Assembly: GCA_033581555.1 (NCBI GenBank)
Contig: JAVQSZ010000004.1
Span: 19,321 to 83,320 of the forward strand
Direction of reading: 5' to 3'
Length of the DNA: 64,000 nucleotides
Source of the DNA: Nitrososphaerota archaeon
GTDB lineage: Archaea; Thermoproteota; Nitrososphaeria_A; Caldarchaeales; Calditenuaceae
Part shown: piece by piece, positions 1 to 7,807 of the stretch
How the letters are laid out: each line of letters starts with the position of its first letter
Numbering within the stretch: the first letter of the stretch is position 1
The notes under the pieces: model-generated
Told to the model about the DNA's origin: nothing
Database searches by the model: none
The model's input: only the letters and a program-made list of their open reading frames with translations
Position numbers and translations under genes: made by a program

Positions 1-541
1 CGACGCAGCCAGCTCCGTTCGAGAAGTCGACGACCATCCTCACCCTCCTCCTGAGCCTCACCAGCGGCCTCACCTTCTCTAGATAGACGGACTCGGCGTC
101 GAAGCGCCTCAACGCCGGCTCCCTCAGCGGCGGGCTGGCCTCACCTATCGAGAGCGCGGTCTCCTTCAGCCTCTCCATCCCGTGGCCCTCGGAGACGGTC
201 TCCCCGTTGCCGAGGACGAACTTGAAGCCGTTCCACTCGGGCGGGTTGTGGGAAGCGGTGACCTGTATCCCAGCGTCGAACCTCCCCTCCACCACACCTA
301 GGTACAGGACGGGGGTCGGGACCATCCCGGCGTCGCTCACCTCGGACCCTTCTTCCTCGAGGCCCAGCGCCACCGCCCTGAGGAGCGAGGGTCCGCTGAG
401 CCTCACGTCCCTCCCGACCAACACCCTCTTCGCCCCCGTCATCCTCGAGAAGGCCCTCCCGAGGGCGTAGGCGACCCCCTCGTTGACCTGCCGCGGGTAG
501 ACTCCCCTCGCGTCGTAGGCCCTGAAGATCGCCGGGTCCAC
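1..541 (-). CDS. phosphoglucomutase/phosphomannomutase (alpha-D-phosphohexomutase), N-terminal ~180 aa; the rest lies beyond the window edge
   Basis: Not in the ORF track because it runs off the window. My translation of the minus strand from GTG at 541 gives VDPAIFRAYDARGVYPRQVNEG...GIQVTASHNPPEWNGFKF. FRAYDxRG and TASHNP (phosphoserine loop) are family hallmarks. Confidence 0.8.
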   Translation of the reverse strand, partial: MDPAIFRAYDARGVYPRQVNEGVAYALGRAFSRMTGAKRVLVGRDVRLSGPSLLRAVALGLEEEGSEVSDAGMVPTPVLYLGVVEGRFDAGIQVTASHNPPEWNGFKFVLGNGETVSEGHGMERLKETALSIGEASPPLREPALRRFDAESVYLEKVRPLVRLRRRVRMVVDFSNGAGCV

Positions 542-562
542 GGAACTCTCACCCAGAGCCGG

Positions 563-569
563 TATATAT
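563..569 (-). promoter_or_regulatory. TATA-box-like element upstream of the phosphohexomutase start
   Basis: tatatat lies about 22-28 nt upstream of GTG 541, the spacing typical of archaeal leaderless genes. Confidence 0.4.
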
Positions 570-572
570 CAG

Positions 573-1220
573 CTAAATCCCTTCGATCTTGACCCAGGCC
601 CTGTGGCTGCCGTAGGCCCTGTTGATGTCGATCAGGAGCTGCGTGAGCCTCTCGGTGACCCTCGAGTTGAGGAGCGGGCCGCCGTAGACCGGCCTTATCC
701 CCCTGACGCCCCTGAGCATCCCCATCAGCTCCTCTGCGGGCTGGCGTTCGCCGCAGACGATCACGTCCAGCTCCACGTTCAGGTCCTCGACCGCAGCTGC
801 GGGGACGCAGTTGAACGCTGAGACCACCGGAGTTCTCCTCAGCAGCTGCTGGAGCGCCTCCGCCGCGGAGCCGGCCGTCGGCTCCAAGTACCTGGGCGAG
901 CCCCCTAGGTCCGACTCGAGGGGGACCACCGCGGAGACCGCGACTGAGGTCTCGGAGATCTTGTCCCTAACCAGTTTCGCCGTCTCGTAGAGGCCGTTGT
1001 ATGGGACCGCGAAGAAGACGAACTTAGCGCCCTGGACCGCGTCCGGGTTGGAAGTGCCATGGACCCTCGAGCCCGGGACCGATGAGGCGACCTCTGAGGC
1101 CGCAGACTCGGCCCTCTCCCTCGCCCTGGAGCCTATCACGACCTCGAGCCCTGAGGCCGCGAGCCTGACCGCGAGGCTCCTGCCCAGGCCCGCGGTTCCC
1201 CCGAGGATCGCGACCCTCAC
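573..1220 (-). CDS. NADPH-dependent F420 reductase (NpdG/Fno family)
   Basis: MRVAILGGTAGLGRSLAVRLAASGLEVVIGSR Rossmann N-terminus. At ~215 aa, the internal SAAE...VVSAFN and DVIVCGE...LNSR..E..T.LLI.IN pattern fits TIGR01915-type proteins. Confidence 0.75.
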   Translation of the reverse strand: MRVAILGGTAGLGRSLAVRLAASGLEVVIGSRARERAESAASEVASSVPGSRVHGTSNPDAVQGAKFVFFAVPYNGLYETAKLVRDKISETSVAVSAVVPLESDLGGSPRYLEPTAGSAAEALQQLLRRTPVVSAFNCVPAAAVEDLNVELDVIVCGERQPAEELMGMLRGVRGIRPVYGGPLLNSRVTERLTQLLIDINRAYGSHRAWVKIEGI

Positions 1221-1627
1221 TTCCTCCCACCGAAGATCAGGTGAGCCGCCAGCATCGCGAAGACCGCGAGGACCGAGCTCGCTGCGGCCATGTGGAGCGC
1301 GACCAGCTCCGGCCTGAGCGCGGAGAGGACCATCGCTCCCCCGATCGCGATCTGCACGATGAGCAGGATCAGTCCGGTCAGGGCCATCTTCTTAGCGAGG
1401 CCCCCCATCCTTAAGGCTGGCACTAGGACCGCGACCACGGCCGCGAGCACGACCAGCGCGAAGAGCCTGTGGGTGAACTCGAGGACCACCAATTCGTCCG
1501 TCACCAGCGGACAGAGCGGCCAGTCAGGACACGCTAGACCTGCGCCCCTCGCCGAGACGTAGCTGCCGATGCTGTTCATCACGACGATCGAGGCGACCGG
1601 CGCCAACGACCTCGCGATGCCAACCAA
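1217..1627 (-). CDS. ctaA: compact (about 4-TM) heme A synthase CtaA/COX15-like
   Basis: GAGLACPDWPLCP motif next to TM1 and four hydrophobic helices with His residues. The 136-aa size matches the half-size archaeal CtaA described for Aeropyrum. A GTGA stop/start overlap joins it to the downstream gene. Confidence 0.55.
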   Translation of the reverse strand: MVGIARSLAPVASIVVMNSIGSYVSARGAGLACPDWPLCPLVTDELVVLEFTHRLFALVVLAAVVAVLVPALRMGGLAKKMALTGLILLIVQIAIGGAMVLSALRPELVALHMAAASSVLAVFAMLAAHLIFGGRK

Positions 1628-1710
1628 CTCGGAGTCCGGTCCGCCGGTCTCCTCAAAACTCTATCACAACGCTCCGCGTCGTAGGATCGGCCCCTCCGGG
1701 CCGGGAGAGG

Positions 1711-1718
1711 CTAAATAG
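1711..1718 (+). promoter_or_regulatory. TATA-like box for the tRNA gene
   Basis: ctaaatag lies about 25-30 nt upstream of tRNA position 1. A similar gaggctaaat also precedes phoU (~1874-1883). Confidence 0.4.
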
Positions 1719-1741
1719 AGAGCCGCGGGGTCGATCCTTTG

Positions 1742-1845
1742 GGGCCCGTAGCTCAGCCTGGCGGAGCGGCCGGCTCATAACCGGTTGGGGACGTGGTCAC
1801 CCCGTTCCCAGGGAGAGGTCGTGGGTTCGAATCCCACCGGGCCCA
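1742..1845 (+). tRNA. tRNA with CAU anticodon (elongator Met or Ile2) carrying a ~30-nt intron outside the canonical 37/38 site
   Basis: Hand fold: acceptor GGGCCCG/CGGGCCC, D arm GCTC/GAGC, anticodon arm GCCGG-CTCATAA-CCGGT, T arm GTGGG-TTCGAAT-CCCAC, discriminator A, no encoded CCA. About 30 extra nt (1786-1815) sit between the anticodon arm and AGGTC. Confidence 0.85.
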
Positions 1846-1908
1846 AGGTCAACGGTCCCGCGTGAGGGTGGGCTCGAGGCTAAATCGTCGAAAGGGGGTG
1901 CGTGGTCG

Positions 1909-2520
1909 ATGAGGCTGATCGACGTAGCGGTCCAATCCTTGACCGGGAAGCTGAAGGAGATGTACCCACTCGCGGAGAAAGCGTACACTCTCGCGGTGGA
2001 GGCGTTCAGGACCCAGAGGGACCTCACGTCGGAGGCCTATAGGCTCGCGGAGATGCTGAGGCTCCACCATCAAGACGTCTCCTACCTGATGACGGAGATC
2101 ATCGCGAGGTTCCAGCCCGTCGCATCAGACCTGAGGTATATCAGGGCCTGTGGCGAGGTCTCCTACGGCTTCTACAGGTACGGCAGGTACGCGTACGACA
2201 TAACGTCGGTCATAGGGGTCTTCGGGAGCGTCCCGGGCTGCGACTGGAGCCCGATAGACCAGGCCGGGAACAAGGTGAGGGAGATGATGAGGCTCGGTAT
2301 GGAGGCCTTCGAGAAGAGGGACGTCGCGCTTGCCAAGAGGGTGATCGAGATGGACGACGAGGTCGACGAGATCTACAGGTCCTACCTGAGGCAGGTGATC
2401 AACTCTCAGGGCGACAGGAAGTGCGATATAGCGAGGCTCCTGATCCTCCGGTACCTCGAGAGGATCGGTGACCACGCTACCGCGATCGCCGAGTCGGTTC
2501 TCTACGTGGTCGAGGGTTAG
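1909..2520 (+). CDS. phoU: PhoU-family phosphate regulon/transport modulator
   Basis: Two PhoU repeats; the C-terminal LERIGDHATAIAE matches the PhoU signature E(R)IGD(H)ATNIAE. Confidence 0.8.
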   Translation: MRLIDVAVQSLTGKLKEMYPLAEKAYTLAVEAFRTQRDLTSEAYRLAEMLRLHHQDVSYLMTEIIARFQPVASDLRYIRACGEVSYGFYRYGRYAYDITSVIGVFGSVPGCDWSPIDQAGNKVREMMRLGMEAFEKRDVALAKRVIEMDDEVDEIYRSYLRQVINSQGDRKCDIARLLILRYLERIGDHATAIAESVLYVVEG

Positions 2521-2543
2521 ACCGAGCCGAGTCTAGCACAACC

Positions 2544-2550
2544 TTTTTTT
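2544..2550 (+). terminator. T7 tract downstream of phoU
   Basis: ccttttttt lies 24 nt after the phoU stop. Oligo-T tracts act as archaeal terminators. Confidence 0.4.
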
Positions 2551-2572
2551 CCATGGGCCGGCGAGCAGGGGT

Positions 2573-3313
2573 ATGCCTAGGCTCTCGGCGGTCCTTGCGG
2601 TAGGCCTGGTATTACTCGGAATTGTCATCGGTGCGGCCGTCGCCGGATCGGGCCGTCAGACCGTGACGCTCACGGAGACTAGGCTCGTCCCGACCACTTC
2701 GCTCGTCACGGAGACGAGGCTTGTCACGACCACTTCGCTCGTCACGAGGACCTCTATCGTCGAGAGTTTCAGCACCGTCACTACGACCGTTCGGGCCACA
2801 GAGACCGTCACAGTCGCCACTACGAGGTCGATTACCGTCACGAGGTCGATCACCGTCCTCGTCGAGTCGGAGGTCTCGGTGAGGACGGTTTGCTTCTCGA
2901 GGACGATGAACTGCGCCTCCGTCATAATCGACCTCATTGACAGGGCGAACAGGAGCGTGCTGGTCGCGATCTACTCCTTCACGAGGGACGACATCGCCGA
3001 CGCGCTGGTCAGGGCAGTGAACAGGGGCTTAGAGGTGAGGGTCGTGATTGAGAGGGATAGGGCGTACGAAACGGGCTCCGAGTACCTAAGGCTGAAGAAC
3101 AACGGGGTCGACGTGAGGCTCGACGGTAACTCGGGACTCATGCATCACAAGTTCATCGTCATCGACGGGATTCTGCTCATCACGGGGAGCTACAATTTCT
3201 CCGGTGCCGCGGAGGACAGAAACGACGAGAACGTCATTGTGATCCTCAGCGAGCGTGTGGCAGCTCGGTACAGGAGCGAGTTCGAGCGGATTTGGTCCCA
3301 GGCCTCGCCCTAA
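2573..3313 (+). CDS. membrane-anchored phospholipase D-superfamily (Nuc-like, single HKD) nuclease/phosphodiesterase with a Thr/Val-rich stalk
   Basis: N-terminal TM helix, then a T/V/S-rich repeat region, then HHKFIVIDG...GSYNFS (HxK(x)4D...GSxN HKD motif). Confidence 0.75.
   Translation: MPRLSAVLAVGLVLLGIVIGAAVAGSGRQTVTLTETRLVPTTSLVTETRLVTTTSLVTRTSIVESFSTVTTTVRATETVTVATTRSITVTRSITVLVESEVSVRTVCFSRTMNCASVIIDLIDRANRSVLVAIYSFTRDDIADALVRAVNRGLEVRVVIERDRAYETGSEYLRLKNNGVDVRLDGNSGLMHHKFIVIDGILLITGSYNFSGAAEDRNDENVIVILSERVAARYRSEFERIWSQASP
2672..2743 (+). repeat. 36-bp in-frame tandem repeat x2 (TETRLVxTTSLV) inside the PLD-like gene
   Basis: 2672-2707 and 2708-2743 are near-identical (acggagac[t/g]aggct[c/t]gtc[c/a]cgaccacttcgctcgtc). 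Confidence 0.9.
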
Positions 3314-3741
3314 CGAGAGGCACCTCCGCGCCTCGCGGCCTTCTGAGCGAGCCTGTTGGCGATCTGGTTCTCCTCCCTCCCCACGTGTCGGACCTCGAAG
3401 GTCTCGAACTCCTTCAGCAAGGCCAAGGCCTTGGCGTGGAGCGCCTTTAGCGACGGGCTCCTGACCCTGTACTCGCCCTTGAGCTGCCTCGCGAGCAGCT
3501 CGCTGTCCGTGAAGACCTCGACCCTCCTGCACCCCATCTCCAGGCACCTCCTCAGGCCCCTGATCAGCGCCTCGTACTCCGCTGCGTTGTTCGTCGCCCT
3601 CCCAATGTGTCCGCTCCCGGTCGTCAACCTTCCCATCGCCTCGATGACGTACCCGTACCCCGCAGGACCCGGGTTGCCCAGCGAGGACCCGTCGATGAAT
3701 AGCTTACATACCGACAAGTCCAGCCAGAGGTGAGCGCGCAT
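3310..3741 (-). CDS. rnhA: ribonuclease HI (type 1)
   Basis: LFIDGSSLGNPGPAGYG, NNAAEYEALIRGL and VFTDSELL (D-E-D catalytic pattern). The track ORF (to 3936) is probably over-extended; I use the internal ATG at 3741 (MRAHLW). A TTG slightly downstream is also possible. Confidence 0.75.
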   Translation of the reverse strand: MRAHLWLDLSVCKLFIDGSSLGNPGPAGYGYVIEAMGRLTTGSGHIGRATNNAAEYEALIRGLRRCLEMGCRRVEVFTDSELLARQLKGEYRVRSPSLKALHAKALALLKEFETFEVRHVGREENQIANRLAQKAARRGGASR

Positions 3742-5152
3742 GCTGTTATCTAACCGTCGCGGTCGGGCAAGGTCGAGGACGGTGAGCGCGGCATCGGCGG
3801 CGTTGAGGACCTTGGGGGGCATCGACCCCCACCTCACGGCGATCGCCCTTACCGTCTTAGTCCTGGTCCTACACCTCTCGATCATCGCGACGCCCTCTCC
3901 CGAGGACCTCGAGGCCTGCAGGGCCGATTCCTCCAAGTGCTCGTTCGTTTTCGATGAGGCCCATTACGTCCCCGCGGTCCGCAAGATGCTCGCAGGGGAG
4001 GCGGCCAACAACGAGCACCCGCCCCTGACGAAGTTCCTGATGATGCTGGGCGTGATGGCCCTCGGCGACAACCCCGTCGGGTGGAGGATCGCCTCGGTCC
4101 TGACCGGGACCGCGAGCGTCTACGTCCTCTTCAGGCTCGCGACGCTCCTCCTTGGCTCCCCCTGGCTCGGCCTGGCCGCTGCCGCGCTCTTCGCCTTCGA
4201 CGTGACTTCCTTCAACCTAAGCGGGATCGGGGTCCTGGACCCGCCTGCGGTCCTCCTCCTGCTCGCCTCCGCGTACTTCGGTGTGAGGGGGAGGCTGCTG
4301 CTCGCGGGGGTCGTCTCGGGGCTCGCGCTGCTCACGAAGGCCTCCGCGGTCTTCGGAGTCCTCGCGGTCCTCACCTACTTAGTTGTCAGGGGCTCCTCAG
4401 GGAAGGGAGGGCCGCTCGACAGGCTCTCTAGGGGCGTCCTGTCGGCCTACGTCGTCCTCGGCATCTCGGCTGCGGTGACGATCGCGGGGCTCGCGGCCTA
4501 CGACTACTACTACAGGGCGTTTCCGCACCCCTTAGCGCACCTCGACTTCATCCTCTCCTACCACTCCTCCCTAACGTTCAACTGCGAGGGCGGCAGGACG
4601 CTTTTCAGCTGCGTCCACCAGAACGACGACGGGTCCACGGTGGTCGTGGACCTGCCCTTGAGCTGGGCCCTTCCGGTGGTGACGTACGCGCCTATGGGCT
4701 TCTACGTTGTCACGGTCAGCGTCAACGGTTACTCGTACAGTCCAGTGGCCTATTACGGCATCGCCTCGCCGGTCTGGTGGACCACTTGGGTCGTGCTGAT
4801 CTACTCCGCGTACTTCGGTGTCAGGGCGGCGTGGAGGGCGATAGTCAGAGGCGAGGCGCCGAGTTTCCCCGACGACCACCTCTACGTCCTCGTGGCCGCG
4901 TGGCTCGCGTTCAACTACCTCGTATACTTCCCACTCGGGTACGCGATGCACCGGTGGGTCTACCCGTTCTACTTCTACCAGGTCGTCCCGATACTCGCGG
5001 TGGGGCTGGTCGGCCTGCTCTCAAAGGGGAGATTCGAGAGGAAGGTCCTCGCGGTCACGGTCGCTGCGACGCTCTTCTGGTTCTTCGTCTACTATCCGGT
5101 CAAGTCCGAGCTCCACGTCACGCTGCTGAAGTCCTTGGGGCTGCCCGCGTGA
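3740..5152 (+). CDS. GT39/PMT-like (dolichyl/polyprenyl-phosphate-sugar dependent) membrane glycosyltransferase
   Basis: Polytopic membrane protein. The loop-1 motif FVFDEAHYV...EHPPLTKFLMMLG resembles the PMT/ArnT family DE + EHPPLGK signature. The start is uncertain (ATG 3740 or GTG ~3783). Confidence 0.6.
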   Translation: MLLSNRRGRARSRTVSAASAALRTLGGIDPHLTAIALTVLVLVLHLSIIATPSPEDLEACRADSSKCSFVFDEAHYVPAVRKMLAGEAANNEHPPLTKFLMMLGVMALGDNPVGWRIASVLTGTASVYVLFRLATLLLGSPWLGLAAAALFAFDVTSFNLSGIGVLDPPAVLLLLASAYFGVRGRLLLAGVVSGLALLTKASAVFGVLAVLTYLVVRGSSGKGGPLDRLSRGVLSAYVVLGISAAVTIAGLAAYDYYYRAFPHPLAHLDFILSYHSSLTFNCEGGRTLFSCVHQNDDGSTVVVDLPLSWALPVVTYAPMGFYVVTVSVNGYSYSPVAYYGIASPVWWTTWVVLIYSAYFGVRAAWRAIVRGEAPSFPDDHLYVLVAAWLAFNYLVYFPLGYAMHRWVYPFYFYQVVPILAVGLVGLLSKGRFERKVLAVTVAATLFWFFVYYPVKSELHVTLLKSLGLPA

Positions 5153-5191
5153 AGGAACGCTATATTGCAGAGCGGGGAGCTTGCTGCTGGG

Positions 5192-5848
5192 ATGAGGGTT
5201 CTCCAGCTCAGCGACGTCCACGGGAGCAAGAGGGCGGCCCTCGCGGCTAGGGACATCGCCAAGTCGCAGGGAGCGGAGCTGATCGTCCTCGCTGGGGACA
5301 TCACGACCTTCGGGTCCGTCTCCGAGGTCAAGGGGATCCTGGAGGTACTCGCGTCCTCCGGCGCGCGGGTCCTCTACGTCCCGGGGAACTGCGACCCTCC
5401 GGAGCTGATGGACCTCGAACTAGAAATCGAGAACGTCATCGGACTCCACGCGAGGGCCGTCGAGGTCGGTGGGCTTAGGATAGGTGGGGTTGGAGGCGGG
5501 CTCTTCGCGGACGGCGCCACCTGGATCGAGCTGACGGAGGAGGAGCTCGAGGAGGAGATGAGGCCGCTCGGGAGGGTCGACGTCCTTGTCTCCCACACTC
5601 CACCCCACGGGACCGACGCGGATCTGCTCAGGGGCTCCCACGTCGGGAGCAGGGCGGTTAGGGATTACTGCGAGAGGCACTCGCCGGTCCTGGTGTCCTG
5701 TGGTCACATCCACGAGGCCAAGAGCGTCTCGAGACTTGGAAGGACTTACGTGGTGAACGCAGGGCCGGCTAAGTCAGGGAACGCCGCTCTGATCACCTTG
5801 GACGGTAAAAACATAGAAGTGGAGTTGACCTCGCTCTTCGGGAGGTGA
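5192..5848 (+). CDS. calcineurin-like metallophosphoesterase
   Basis: MRVLQLSDVHG, LAGDITTFG, VPGNCD, VSHTPPHG and CGHIHE metal-ligand motifs. ATG 5192 lies ~27 nt after gctatattg. Confidence 0.75.
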   Translation: MRVLQLSDVHGSKRAALAARDIAKSQGAELIVLAGDITTFGSVSEVKGILEVLASSGARVLYVPGNCDPPELMDLELEIENVIGLHARAVEVGGLRIGGVGGGLFADGATWIELTEEELEEEMRPLGRVDVLVSHTPPHGTDADLLRGSHVGSRAVRDYCERHSPVLVSCGHIHEAKSVSRLGRTYVVNAGPAKSGNAALITLDGKNIEVELTSLFGR

Positions 5849-7189
5849 TCACCGGGGCTTGGCGGCGACCTGGCCCGTGTGCCTGTAGAAGTGGAGCATC
5901 AGCCCGAGCAGTATCATCGCCATGCCCATGTTGAACATCGATATGTTCGGGAGATTCTGCGCGTAGGTCATCAGGGCTAGGTACCCGAAGACGACCGTGA
6001 GCGCCATCGTGATCCCTACCGCAGCCAGCCCCGCGGCGGGCGAGAGGACCACCGGCCTAGCGGGCTCGGGCCTGCCCTTGGGCTTGACCAGATACCTGTA
6101 TGTGATGAAGAAGCTGACCATGGTCATCACGCCGAAGGAGCCGTAGTAAATGACCGGTTCGATGTAGAGCTGGTCGAAGACCGTCCTCTGGGAGAAGTCG
6201 ACGTAGAAGCCCCATACGGTTGTGACGATGATCATCACGATGCTCGCGATGCCCATTGCGGTGAAGAAGGGCCTGTCGCGCCAGGAGAGCTTCTTAGACC
6301 TGTCCACGAAGGGGACTATCAGGAAGAAGATCACGAAGAGGAGCGGGAGGAACGCCCCTGCCCAGAACCTCTCGGAGCCGGTCCTGAGGAACGCGTAGAT
6401 AGACGTGAGGTACCACTCGGGGACCTCGACGAGTCCCTTCGACGGGTCGAACCTAACCCCTATCTCCGCGGGGAACATGCCCGCGACCACGAAGATCGCG
6501 CCGATCACGCCGAGTATCATCGGGAGGTCTATTATCAGGGCCCTGGGGACGTGAACCGCGAGCAGCAGCATCATCAGGAGCGGGATGATGAAGACGTGGA
6601 GGGCGTAGAACCTCACGATCAGGTCGAAGTACCCGCCACCCATGAGGATCGGTGCGATCGAGGGCCCGAGAACCGGTGCGGAGAAGGTGAGGCCCATCCC
6701 GATGTTGATTGCCAGCATCGCCCTCTGGTTCAGTATCAGGTTGTACCCGGTGTAGGCCTCAAGGACGGTCAATATCCCTAGGATTATCCCGGTGACCCAG
6801 AGGACCTCGTTCTTGATCTTGTACCTCCCCGAGAAGTACTGGTAGTAGAGGTGGAAGACCGCGAGGAGTACCATGAAGTTGGAGGCGTGGTAGTGGATCT
6901 GCCTCATCACGAACCCGAAGGGGACGCTCTCCTGGATCTCCCTGACGCTAGCGAAGGCCAAGTCGACCGACGGCGTGTAGTAGAACATCAGTATAGCTCC
7001 GGAGACCCCGAGGACCAGAAAGACGATCGTCGTGAGGGTCCCGAGGTAACCGAATGGGCTGATGTACTGCTTGGGGAAGGTGAACTTGAACGCAGCAAAG
7101 GGCGTCCTCTCGAGCCTGTCGACGGTCCATTTGATCAGCGCGTCGACCGCCTCACGGAGGGTCTTGTACCGGGGCGAGCTCAAGCTCAC
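5849..7189 (-). CDS. cytochrome b of a bc-type respiratory complex (with extended C-terminal TM region)
   Basis: RQIHYHASNFMVLLAVFHLYYQYFSGRYK plus a second His pair (FYALHVFIIP...AVH). About 10 TM helices. A 4-nt overlap joins it to the upstream Rieske gene. Confidence 0.8.
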   Translation of the reverse strand: MSLSSPRYKTLREAVDALIKWTVDRLERTPFAAFKFTFPKQYISPFGYLGTLTTIVFLVLGVSGAILMFYYTPSVDLAFASVREIQESVPFGFVMRQIHYHASNFMVLLAVFHLYYQYFSGRYKIKNEVLWVTGIILGILTVLEAYTGYNLILNQRAMLAINIGMGLTFSAPVLGPSIAPILMGGGYFDLIVRFYALHVFIIPLLMMLLLAVHVPRALIIDLPMILGVIGAIFVVAGMFPAEIGVRFDPSKGLVEVPEWYLTSIYAFLRTGSERFWAGAFLPLLFVIFFLIVPFVDRSKKLSWRDRPFFTAMGIASIVMIIVTTVWGFYVDFSQRTVFDQLYIEPVIYYGSFGVMTMVSFFITYRYLVKPKGRPEPARPVVLSPAAGLAAVGITMALTVVFGYLALMTYAQNLPNISMFNMGMAMILLGLMLHFYRHTGQVAAKPR

Positions 7190-7740
7190 ACCCTCCTGAC
7201 GTTCTCGTCCGGCCTCTTAACCCTCCACTCTCTACCGATTCCCACCCTTCCGTCGATCACGCCGGTCGCGTAGATGTCGCCCTTCTCGTCGACCTCGATC
7301 ACCATCATCGGGAGCGCGTTGGTCGGGTAGGGCTGGAACGCAGCGGGGCCGGCCACCGCGACGCCGTCCTCATCCCTGTAGATGCTGCCGTGGCACGGGC
7401 ACATCAACTCGCCCTGCTCCGGCACGTAGATCGGGAGGCACCAGAGGTGGACGCAGACCCTGCTGTAGGCCCTGAGCTTCCCGTCGCGGGTCATGACGAG
7501 CATCCACTGCCTGAACGGGTCGCCGTCGATCTTCGGGTCACCGGTCTTGGGGTAGGAGAAGAAGACCGCGGAGCCCGGTTTGAGCTCGTTGATGTTCGCG
7601 ATCCTCTGCCTGGGGTTCGCGGTGATCTCCTCCCTGTAGAAGAACCTGACGAGGTTCGTGAAGGGCGCTATCACGGCCGCCACGGCGATCGTCAGCATCG
7701 CCCTGAGGGCCCTCCTGCGGGAAGCGCCGGAGTCGGGCAT
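7186..7740 (-). CDS. Rieske [2Fe-2S] protein with a twin-arginine signal
   Basis: SRRRALRAML Tat motif plus TM helix; CVHLWC ... CPCHGSIY Rieske boxes. Confidence 0.85.
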   Translation of the reverse strand: MPDSGASRRRALRAMLTIAVAAVIAPFTNLVRFFYREEITANPRQRIANINELKPGSAVFFSYPKTGDPKIDGDPFRQWMLVMTRDGKLRAYSRVCVHLWCLPIYVPEQGELMCPCHGSIYRDEDGVAVAGPAAFQPYPTNALPMMVIEVDEKGDIYATGVIDGRVGIGREWRVKRPDENVRRV

Positions 7741-7807
7741 TCCGAATGTTGAGGTCTCTTCCGGTGACTAATTAAGATCAAGTGAGAATTAGAGCGGCGG
7801 GCGCGCC

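Noticed and set aside
2672-2743. The 36-bp tandem repeats here, and the 42-bp repeats at 46529-46668, considered as possible CRISPR or satellite arrays.
   Set aside because: The copies are directly adjacent with no spacers, in frame inside ORFs, and encode sensible peptide repeats. No cas genes are present. I saw no CRISPR array anywhere in the window.
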